A stretch of 57,776 nucleotides of DNA from Candidatus Cloacimonadota bacterium. GTDB taxonomy: Bacteria > Cloacimonadota > Cloacimonadia > Cloacimonadales > WRIO01. The notes under the pieces are model-generated. The model was not told the DNA's origin. It saw only the letters and a program-made list of their open reading frames with translations, and did not search any database. A program made the translations under genes and the position numbers. Positions 50,301 through 57,776 of the stretch are shown here, piece by piece. Every line of letters begins with the position of its first letter. The stretch's first letter is position 1. The stretch spans positions 1 through 57,776 of the forward strand of contig JAKQQL010000149.1 in the NCBI GenBank assembly GCA_029564175.1. The letters are read 5' to 3'.

Positions 50301-51144
50301 CTTTATTGTTGCTTGCATCCCAGTCCCAAATACCGTCTCCTGAACTTTCTAAAGCAAATTGCCATCTCAGTTCTGCTTCAAGCAGAGATTTCTCAAACGC
50401 TTTTTGTTGGCTGATATCTTGAATAAATCCGTAAAGTCTGACACACTCTCCATTGAGAATTTTAGTTTTACAGACTATTTTTATCCACTTTTTTTTCTTA
50501 TTCAAACTCATGATTTCACAGTTATATTCGAATCCAATCCCGGATAAAAGCGCTTTGTTGCTCAACTTCATCAGTTCAGTATTATCTTTTTTATGAATTA
50601 TAAACTGATCGTAGATCTCTATAGCCAGCTTTGAATCAATTGGATATTCAAAAATCTCATAAATAATATCTGACCATACTAATTCATGACTTTTTGTATC
50701 ATATTCCCATGCTCCTAGTAGTGCTATTCTGTTGACTTCTTCCAGTTTTTCTTTTAAAATATTATACTGATGCTCAATTTTGAGGATAGAGGTCTGATTT
50801 TTACCGATAACCCAATATTGTTCATTTTTGTATTTATAGGAAAAATCAAATAAACAGGTATTGCCTGCAGCAGATATGCAGGTCGCCTGTAAGCAGCCAG
50901 ATGTCTGACTTGAAAAAATATCACTTACCGTTTTTACGTCATCTGGTAAGAAGTGTTTCCAAATTAATTCATAGCTAAGCAAAGACGGTTCATAACCGAT
51001 AAAATTAGCAAAAGTCTTATTCATCGCGAATAAATGACCATTTTGATTGCATATAAAAAATATGTCATTTGTTTGATCAAGTAATTCTCCGATGAGCTTT
51101 TCTGGAATAGTATCTTCAATATCCTGATTCATATTTTCTTTCAT
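47305..51144 (-). CDS. Cytoplasmic hybrid kinase (PAS x4, HisKA, HATPase, REC, Hpt)
   Basis: PAS/PAC (GIWDWD..VHPDD..GTHSDIS); [32 protein letters not shown] (MDLELP); Hpt HALKGSCANIGA. Confidence 0.93.
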   Translation of the reverse strand: MKENMNQDIEDTIPEKLIGELLDQTNDIFFICNQNGHLFAMNKTFANFIGYEPSLLSYELIWKHFLPDDVKTVSDIFSSQTSGCLQATCISAAGNTCLFDFSYKYKNEQYWVIGKNQTSILKIEHQYNILKEKLEEVNRIALLGAWEYDTKSHELVWSDIIYEIFEYPIDSKLAIEIYDQFIIHKKDNTELMKLSNKALLSGIGFEYNCEIMSLNKKKKWIKIVCKTKILNGECVRLYGFIQDISQQKAFEKSLLEAELRWQFALESSGDGIWDWDASNNKVFFSKQWLNMLGYSQDNTWQSLEDWDRLVHPDDKEKLYQDLFLHFDGKTDIYINEHRLLCKDGSYKWILDRGKVISRDANNRPLRVIGTHSDISDRVAKDLLLKESEERFRTLFESITEGVALHELIFNDKREIIDYRIINVNHGYERHVSINRDAVIGKKSTDVYKTKKAPYLEEFSRVAVTGEPYHFEAWFEPLQKYFMISVVSPKLYQFATVFEDITARKEEEIQLKEMNKQLEEATMRANNLAAEAEFANSVKSQFLANMSHEIRTPMNAIIGMSHLAMDYAENEKVKNYIMKIQDASQNLLSIITDILDFSKIESGKLDIEDKAFYLKPMLNQVYDMFIVLAQKKGIGLKMQLSDTLPVFISGDSLRISQILINLLSNAVKFTENGLVTLSVTENCVSSDTVKILFSVADTGIGISKQKLDQLFMPFIQGDISTTRKYGGTGLGLSISKRLVELMKGKLEVNSKPDQGSVFSFSIEFKTKKDFISLNTLLGKQSLAIYLVGHINLSFNYTQNETTMSHIHIHQFTDFQDFLQYADLNQNIVNDYSVLLSNLMIPYIDKENGLFHYNNIKMPFIKVLDSANKELNLLKTYIYEERILMLESPLQEKDLFDLLLKSIDQPLFKRETTFVKPQIDDSLTNKSILLVEDNLVNQEIAIELLKKYNFKIYCAKTGKEMKDLAKRHRFDLVLMDLELPDADGFSLSEYLKNQERHKQVPIIAMTAHVLQDIKKKCYDSGMIDIICKPFDLNDFYEKVIKNLSLSSFQTDNKDKSVNQTENFPDSMPEIDIKSALNRVNLNIPLYLSILKSFLEQADESAEIILEKKEIPDSENKKFHLHALKGSCANIGASNLASVCQSWENAIRSGEEDSILYLRFKDSYSRLKQNINSLLSLPKKEPDDFQVSKDSVPTDISDNKAIITEESQDFLELKFLLVELKTLIDNDSFVDDSLLQNISKIGSDKPDISEIIKTLNDKVNQFDYQTANSLVNQIFDLIKEKE

Positions 51145-51220
51145 TAGACCTCTTTATCAAAGTAAGAATATGGTAAAACAGGTGGAAAGTCAAGAAAAAA
51201 ATGCGTATATTTAAAAATAC

Positions 51221-51267
51221 TTGACGAAATGCTGCTTTTTAAATATTGTGTTGAGAATGAATCTCAA
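51221..51267 (+). promoter_or_regulatory. Sigma70 promoter with adjacent Fur-box-like operator
   Basis: TTGACG (51221-26), 17 bp, TATTGT (51244-49), then palindrome TTGAGA-ATGAA-TCTCAA (51251-67) upstream of fur-feoB. Confidence 0.72.
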
Positions 51268-51303
51268 TCTCAGTAAAAGAGATTCGTGATAAATGAGGAA
51301 CAG

Positions 51304-51735
51304 ATGGAAGATCATGAAAAGATATTTGAAGATTACCTGAAAACTCAGGGCTTAAAGTTAACTACTCAAAGGCGGAATATTCTGGAATCTGCTTTTGCCA
51401 TGCACACTCATTTTGATGCAGAAGCTTTGTTAGCTCATGTTCAGATAGCACATTCGGATGTTTCCAGATCGACAGTTTATCGCACTTTACCTTTATTGAT
51501 AGAAGCAGGTTTGATCAGAAACTCAGAAAAGACTAAAGAAAAAGAATGCTATGAACATATCATCGGGCATCCGAAACACTTTCATATTCTTTGCACAGTA
51601 TGTCATAAAATATTGGAAGAAGAAGAGTCTCAAGCGCTTCTAGAATTAATTCGGGAAACGTGTAAAAAGAATGCTTGTGAATTTCAGGATTACGTTTTAA
51701 CTATAAAAGGGATTTGTAATGACTGTAAAAAATAA
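51304..51735 (+). CDS. fur: Fur family transcriptional regulator
   Basis: GLKLTTQRRNIL; HFDAE; VSRSTVYRTL; H.HILCTVC; GICNDC. ATG 51304 follows GAGG. Confidence 0.9.
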   Translation: MEDHEKIFEDYLKTQGLKLTTQRRNILESAFAMHTHFDAEALLAHVQIAHSDVSRSTVYRTLPLLIEAGLIRNSEKTKEKECYEHIIGHPKHFHILCTVCHKILEEEESQALLELIRETCKKNACEFQDYVLTIKGICNDCKK

Positions 51736-54031
51736 ATTAAAAATCGCATTGATTGGTAATCCAAACTGTGGCAAAACAACTTTGTTTAATGCCTTGACCG
51801 GATCTTCTCAATATGTAGGTAATTGGCCTGGCGTCACAGTAGAAAAGAAGAGTGGCATTTTAAAATATCGTGATTATGAACTGGAAATCATTGATTTGCC
51901 TGGTATTTATTCACTCAATTCATACTCTCTTGATGAGAAAATAGCACGTAACTTCATTGTGAATGACGATCCAGACTTGATTCTAAATATTGTAGATGCA
52001 GGGAATCTGGAAAGAAATCTTTATCTGACAATGCAGATTATTCAATACCGTAAGCCAATTGTGATTGCCCTAAATATGATTGATTTACTGGAAAAGATGA
52101 ATATGCGTATTGACTATGATAAGATGAGATCCATGTTAAATTGTCCGGTGATACCTATTTCTGCTGCAAAAAAAGAAGGTCTGTCTGCTTTGAAGGAAAT
52201 GTTGATTCAACAGTCTTCTTTTAAAGCTTATATTTCAAATGCCAAAATTTCTTACGACGAAGTTATTTATCAGAGTATCAGCCATCTTAATGACTATCTG
52301 CTTAAAGCGGGTGAAGAGAATATTAATTCCTGGCTTTATATTCAGAAATCAGAGAAAGATTTAAATCAGGATGCCTGTATTTATTATGATAAAATTGAAA
52401 AGCAGTATTTTCTGCTGAGATTGCTCGAACAGGATGAATTAATCAGCAAAGAAATCAATCCTGATTTTATAAAAATCGTTAACAGGGAAAGAGAAAAAAT
52501 CCTAAAACACACCCGTATGAAGGCTGAATTACTCATCGCTGACGGGATTTATGGTTACATTCACGGTTTATGTAAAAACGTCATCAAAAGAAAACAATCC
52601 AGCCAGCGAAAAACCTCAGATATTTTGGATCAGGTATTTTTAAACAATATTTTTGGCTTACCAGTATTTGTCTTGATTATGTATCTGGTTTTTAGTATTT
52701 CTATGACTTTCAGTCAACCCTTTATTTCTTTTTTGGATACCTTTTTTGGTAAACTGTTGGTCGATGGTTTAAGGCAGTTAATGACGAGTATGAATTTCTC
52801 AGAATTTCTTATCATTTTGATTGCTGATGGGGTTGGAGGAGGCATTCAGACTGTTTCCACTTTTATACCGCCAATTTTCTTTATATTTCTGTGTCTGTCA
52901 ATATTGGAAGATTCAGGCTATATGGCACGAGCGGCTTTTGTGATGGATAGAATCATGCGTTTTCTGGGGCTTTCTGGTAAAGCGGTTATACCGATGATTG
53001 TCGGTTTTGGTTGTACTGTTCCGGCGATTCTGGCAACCAGAACTATTGATTCAAAAAGAGATCGCTTGATGACAATTTTGCTTGTCCCTTTTATCCAGTG
53101 TGGTGCAAAAATTCCTGTTTATTCGATGTTTGCGTTGGTTTTCTTTAAACAGAATGCAGGGATTGCAATTTTCATGATTTATCTGGCAGGTATTGCCTTT
53201 GCTTTCCTGAGTGCCGTTCTTTTTAAAAAGTTACTTTTTGTAGGGCATACAGGTGAGTTTGTCATGGAATTGCCTTCATATCACCTGCCAACACTGAATG
53301 GTATCTTTACGCACACCTGGTTTAAACTGAAATCGTTTATATTAAAAGCAGGGCAGACGATTCTTTTTGTCATGATTATTATGACGCTGATCAATTCTGT
53401 TCCTGTGTATCATAATCAAAAAGAGAATAAAGATGATACCCTGTTAACCTTGAGTGGTAAAGCGTTAACTCCCCTTTTTAAGCCCATGGGAATTGAAAAG
53501 GAAAACTGGCATGCAACACTTGCATTATTTACCGGATTCTTTGCAAAAGAAGCCATTGTTGGAACGCTGGAGGCATTAAGTTTAAACGACTCTTCTGATG
53601 ATCAAAACCAACAAGTTGAAGATTCTTTTAGTTTAGGTGGAGTCTTTTCTGCTTCAGTTACTGACTTTAAATCCGAATTTGCAAATGCTGTTCATCAGTT
53701 TGTTAAACCTTTTGAAAAAGACGTTTACACGGAAGAAGAATATGCATCTCATTATTTAGAAAAACGTTTTTCTTCTATTCATCAGGTTATTGCTTATCTC
53801 TTATTTATTATGATTTATGCCCCTTGCCTTGCTAGTGTCGTTGCTGCCAAAAAAGAAGCAGGAACCAAGCTGGCGTTGTTTCAGTTAACATACTTGACGC
53901 TTTTAGCCTGGATAGTGGCTAGTTTTTATTACCAGTTAAGTCAGATATCACAAGGGATTTCATGGATGATTGTTTTACCTCCGCTCATGTTTTTGGGCTT
54001 GATAGGTATAATCAGGTTATATGCAAAATAA
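51719..54031 (+). CDS. feoB: Ferrous iron transporter B
   Basis: GNPNCGKTTLFNALTG; VGNWPGVTVE; DLPGIYSL; LEDSGYMAR; GFGCTVP; MELPSY. Confidence 0.97.
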   Translation: MTVKNKLKIALIGNPNCGKTTLFNALTGSSQYVGNWPGVTVEKKSGILKYRDYELEIIDLPGIYSLNSYSLDEKIARNFIVNDDPDLILNIVDAGNLERNLYLTMQIIQYRKPIVIALNMIDLLEKMNMRIDYDKMRSMLNCPVIPISAAKKEGLSALKEMLIQQSSFKAYISNAKISYDEVIYQSISHLNDYLLKAGEENINSWLYIQKSEKDLNQDACIYYDKIEKQYFLLRLLEQDELISKEINPDFIKIVNREREKILKHTRMKAELLIADGIYGYIHGLCKNVIKRKQSSQRKTSDILDQVFLNNIFGLPVFVLIMYLVFSISMTFSQPFISFLDTFFGKLLVDGLRQLMTSMNFSEFLIILIADGVGGGIQTVSTFIPPIFFIFLCLSILEDSGYMARAAFVMDRIMRFLGLSGKAVIPMIVGFGCTVPAILATRTIDSKRDRLMTILLVPFIQCGAKIPVYSMFALVFFKQNAGIAIFMIYLAGIAFAFLSAVLFKKLLFVGHTGEFVMELPSYHLPTLNGIFTHTWFKLKSFILKAGQTILFVMIIMTLINSVPVYHNQKENKDDTLLTLSGKALTPLFKPMGIEKENWHATLALFTGFFAKEAIVGTLEALSLNDSSDDQNQQVEDSFSLGGVFSASVTDFKSEFANAVHQFVKPFEKDVYTEEEYASHYLEKRFSSIHQVIAYLLFIMIYAPCLASVVAAKKEAGTKLALFQLTYLTLLAWIVASFYYQLSQISQGISWMIVLPPLMFLGLIGIIRLYAK

Positions 54032-54105
54032 ACTATTTCTGCAAGCAGGCAGATTCATTTTTGATATCCATCATGCTTGTAGAACAGAATACAAAAGAGG
54101 AATAT

Positions 54106-54381
54106 ATGTGGTTTAAGAATAGAAACAGAAGTACTTGTAAAGCCTGCCCGATGAAGAAAAATCATGATAGCAGTCTTGAATCAGCTCTTGAAGACAAACA
54201 ATATAAAATCATCAGTAATCCCCATCAAAAATCATTTGAATTGGGTCTGTTCAATGGTAATATTATCACAGTTATCAGAAATCATTGTTTTCAGAGAAAT
54301 ATGATTATTGCAGTTTCTGACTCAAGATATATTATCTCTAAAGATATTGCACGTCATATCAAGGTAGAAAAAGTAGGTTAA
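54106..54381 (+). CDS. feoA: FeoA-like protein
   Basis: ELGLFNG..ITVIRN..MIIAVSDSRYIISKDIA..IKV SH3-like pattern; ATG after GAGG; N-terminal CKAC. Confidence 0.75.
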   Translation: MWFKNRNRSTCKACPMKKNHDSSLESALEDKQYKIISNPHQKSFELGLFNGNIITVIRNHCFQRNMIIAVSDSRYIISKDIARHIKVEKVG

Positions 54382-54394
54382 AACATGCTTAATT

Positions 54395-54458
54395 CGTGCT
54401 ACAAGCGTCGCGCTTGTAGCCATTCTGCCCGTACTACAAGCAGAATGCTCGCAGTACG
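54395..54458. repeat. REP doublet (family 2)
   Basis: GCTACAAGCG-TCG-CGCTTGTAGC and CGTACTACAAGCAGAATGCTCGCAGTACG. Confidence 0.78.
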
Positions 54459-54491
54459 GATCAGTGAATGAATATGTTATCTGTCGAATAG

Positions 54492-54525
54492 AAAAAAAGG
54501 TCAGCTTTCGTGCTGACCTTTTTTT
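54492..54525. terminator. Bidirectional intrinsic terminator
   Basis: AAAAAAAGGTCAGC-TTTCGT-GCTGACCTTTTTTT. Confidence 0.85.
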
Positions 54526-54537
54526 GATTAATGGTTT

Positions 54538-56853
54538 TTATATCTTAAATTGTTCTACCATTCGGGTTAATTCTTCTGCCAAATTAGACAGATCAACCGA
54601 TGCTTTTTCCGTATTTTCGGCATCTTTAGCCGTTTGTTCTATACTAATCAGCATTTGAGCGATATTGCGAGCTACTTCCTGAATACCCTGACTGACTTCT
54701 ACCGTATTCTTAGTAATTTCCTGAACGCCTATGTTTGCCTGTTCGCTGTTATTGGCGATTTCGCTTGATGCCTTAGCTGATTCGGTTGAGTTTTTGGAAA
54801 TCTCATTGACTGCGATGGTTGCTTCATTGGCATTATTGGTAATTTTTTGGGAATAATCAACCACTGTTGAAATCTGAGAGAGAACATCGTTTGCGGTCGA
54901 ACCCATTCTGCCCGAAGAGTGGGCAATTTCACGAGTCGTAATGTTCTGCTCTTCAATACTGGAAGCAATCACGGTATTGATTTCATTTAACTTATCAATT
55001 ATTCCGGTGATATTGGCTAAACTGGCCGTACTGTTTTTCACTGATTTTTGGACATCATCAATCTGAGTTGCAATATTGGCTGTTGCTTCAGCGGTTTGTT
55101 TTGCCAGAGATTTGACTTCGTTGGCTACCACAGCAAAACCTTTACCTGCATCTCCGGCACTGGCTGCTTCAATGGTAGCATTGAGCGCCAGCATATTAGT
55201 CTGATCGGCAATATCATTGATCAGTTTAACAATTTTACCAATTTCATTGGAAGTTTTTTGCATTTCTGTCATCACTCTATTTGCCATTTCTGCTTCTTTT
55301 GATGCTTTGATAGATATGTCGGAAGCATTCTGGGTATTCTTGGCAATTTCGGAAATAGTCGCATTCATTTCTTCAATTGCTGAAACGATGCCGTTGATCT
55401 CTCCAACCAGCTCTGAAACAGATTTGCCCGCCTGTCCGATATTGTTACTGAGATTATTGATTTCATTTACTGTTGAATTCACGCTTGCACTGGTTTGTTC
55501 AGCAGCAGAAGCTACCTGGTTTATATTGGATGAGAGCTGTTCGGTAGTAGCAGCCACAGTTGAAACTGAGACACTTGCTTCTTCGGCAGAGGAGGCAATG
55601 ACATTCGCATTTGAGCTGATCTGTTCTGAGGAAGCAGAAACCATCTGAGACTGAGAATTCATCTCCATGGAGTTATGAACAAGGTTATCGGCTGTTTTTT
55701 CCAGCATTTTACTCTTATCATTGAGCGTTTTTATCCCTTCGATGACATTTTTCAAGGCTGATGCTACTTGGATTCTGGTTTTTTCATAAGCATTAGCCAA
55801 TAACCCGATTTCATCTTGTCTGTTGATCAGGTCATCCTTTGCTTTTAAGGTAAAATCATTATTTGCAATCAGGTCAAGTCCTACCAGTACCCGTTTAATT
55901 GGAGTACTAATTTTTTGATTGAGCAGATAACTGATCATCAATGCTAATAGTAACATAATCACAATTGAAATGATGAGGATGATATTACCAATACCCGTAC
56001 CGACTTTTGCCAGGTCTTTGTCAAACATAGAGGCCATTAAGTACCAATCAAGCCCTTTAATTTTGGCAAATGAGAGTGTTTTGTTATCTCCTTCAAACAC
56101 ATATTTTACAACACCAAAATCCTCTTTGGAACTGAGCGCTTTTGTGTGCCATTCAAGGTTTTTATATTTGTCATTTAATATCAATTCTTCACGTGGATGC
56201 ATAATCAGACTTGTTTCAGAATCAATAATATAAAAATAACCATTCTGGGCAATTTTATAATGATTGATGAATGTTTCAGCAAAATTACTTAAATTAATGG
56301 TATAACCAATAATTCCCAAAAATTGATCATTTTCGTCAGTAATCTTATGACTGATAACGATAATCGGTTTTTTACTAACAGGAGAGATGATCGGAATTTT
56401 ATCGATATAGCTTTCTTGATTGTCTTCAGCAATGGCTTTTCATGCCTTATAGGAGCTTACATCCAGTCCGATTGCACTTTCATTGGGATGAGCAATCAAT
56501 CTGCCTTGAGAATCTGTTAAGAAAATAGCTTCATAAAAGTCTTCTAAATTCATCTGACTATTGATGAATTTTTGATGCTCATTTTTATTCCCTGATTTGT
56601 ATCCATTCTGAACATGAATATCTTCTGAAGCTATACCTGCTAATATCTGGGTTTGTTCGATTAATTGAATGATGGTTTCTTTTACTTCTTTAGTTCTTTC
56701 CAGTGCAGATTCTGTCTCTGACTGATACACTTTACTTTTGGCATATTCAGCCGATACAACAATCAGAATAACAAATACAAGCACCAAAAAGGTGATAACC
56801 GGTATTAAGAATTGTCTGCTCAATTTTTGTGAGTAGTATTCTTTAAATTTCAT
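54538..56853 (-). pseudogene. Methyl-accepting chemotaxis protein (dCache-HAMP-MA) with single in-frame TGA at 56440-56442
   Basis: Read-through gives GLDVSSYKA*KAIAEDNQESYIDKIPIISPVSKKPIIVISHKI..LGIIG, joining both ORFs in one frame; [29 protein letters not shown] signalling tip. Confidence 0.85.
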
Positions 56854-56876
56854 ATAAGCCCCTTTATTTCTATGTT

Positions 56877-57776
56877 TTATAGTTTAAACTGATCAACTTC
56901 CTTTTTCAATTCTACAGCCAGATCTGCTAAATCTTCAGATGACTTTTGAGTTTCTGTTGCATTTTTGGCTGTCATTTCAATGCTCATCAGCATTTCAGAA
57001 ATATTTCTGCTGACTTCCTGAATCCCCTGACTGATTTCCACAGTATTTCTGGTAATTTCCTGAACACCAATATTGGCTTGTTCACTGTTATTGGCAATCT
57101 CATTAGATGCAGATGCAGATTCTACAGCATTTTGGGATATTTGAGTAACTGCCTTATTGGCTTCGTTTGCATTTTTAGAGATACGGCCTGCATAATCCAC
57201 GACTTTGCTAATCTGTGACTGGACATCCGTTGCAGCTCCTGCCATTCTGCCGGAAGAGTGTGCGATCTCACTGGTTGTAATGTTTTGTTCTTCGATACTG
57301 GAAGCAATCACAGTATTGATTTGATTTAACTGATTGATGATATCTGTAATAGTCGAGATACTGTGTGAGGAATTGCCTACTGATTTTTGGACTTCATCGA
57401 TTTGTCCGGCAATCTTGGAGGTTGCTTCTGCGGTTTGTTTAGCCAGTGATTTGACTTCATTTGCCACAACAGCAAAACCCTTGCCTGCGTCACCGGCACT
57501 TGCCGCTTCAATCGTTGCATTTAGCGCCAGCATATTCGTCTGATCGGCAATATCATTGATCAGTTTAACAATTTTGCCAATTTCATTAGATGTTTTCTGC
57601 ATTTCAGCCATAACTTTATTGGCATTTTCTGCTTCATTTGCCGCTTTCATGGAAATGTCAGAAGCATGCTGGGTATTTTTGGAGATTTCTGTCAAAGTGG
57701 CATTCATCTCTTCAATGGCAGAGACGATACCATTAATTTCATGAACCAGATCTCCCACTGAATGACCAGCAACTTC
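56877..57776 (-). CDS. Methyl-accepting chemotaxis protein, 3' part (truncated by window end)
   Basis: Frame open to the window end; [40 protein letters not shown]; close paralog of the neighbouring MCP. Confidence 0.93.
   Translation of the reverse strand, partial: EVAGHSVGDLVHEINGIVSAIEEMNATLTEISKNTQHASDISMKAANEAENANKVMAEMQKTSNEIGKIVKLINDIADQTNMLALNATIEAASAGDAGKGFAVVANEVKSLAKQTAEATSKIAGQIDEVQKSVGNSSHSISTITDIINQLNQINTVIASSIEEQNITTSEIAHSSGRMAGAATDVQSQISKVVDYAGRISKNANEANKAVTQISQNAVESASASNEIANNSEQANIGVQEITRNTVEISQGIQEVSRNISEMLMSIEMTAKNATETQKSSEDLADLAVELKKEVDQFKL

Noticed and set aside
53962..54105. N-terminal extension of FeoA in the ORF track
   Set aside because: It overlaps feoB and a REP-like inverted repeat; the SD supports ATG 54106.
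4498..56442. Stop-codon reassignment or selenocysteine explaining the in-frame stops
   Set aside because: One of the three stops is TAA, the two TGAs appear to fall at different residue types (Leu-like and Trp-like), and TGA ends ordinary genes here (ymdB, cutC, 34922, 36870).
881..57744. Numerous 60-143 aa antisense or out-of-frame ORFs (e.g. 7165-7446, 21035-21280, 26638-26919, 55217-55648)
   Set aside because: They lie inside or largely overlap well-supported genes and show no motifs; shadow ORFs.

Overview
AT-rich bacterial chromosomal window, most likely Cloacimonadota or another FCB-group lineage (inferred from a C-terminal YPNPFNP..IYNIKGQKV..WDG..SGVYF sorting domain). In order: (1) a ~5 kb accessory patch with an AAA-ATPase/PD-(D/E)XK protein, a stand-alone Cache protein, a HEPN/MNT toxin-antitoxin pair bracketed by 81-bp direct-repeat REP doublets, and a REP-flanked IS200-like HUH (Y1) tnpA carrying one in-frame TGA; (2) a core block: L20-leader, infC (non-AUG start), rpmI, rplT, pheS, pheT, zapB-like, zapA, 6S RNA, rny, ymdB, folD; (3) a large lipoprotein, a TetR/TolC/MFP/RND efflux operon, and a GT4 plus secreted surface protein; (4) a sigma54-driven flagellar operon flgI-flgJ(SLT)-flgN-orf-flgK-csrA-flgL-fliW, followed by a structured RNA with two GGGA-loop hairpins; (5) a ~1.1 kb intergenic mosaic of small repeats with a 132-bp MITE (4-bp TSD); (6) dense two-component signalling, cutC-mlrC, AraC/GyrI, fur-feoB-feoA with a Fur box, and two tandem MCP genes. 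Three genes (tnpA, a hybrid kinase, an MCP) each have a single in-frame stop. No tRNA, rRNA or CRISPR array was seen. All calls come from reading motifs by eye; no database searches were run.
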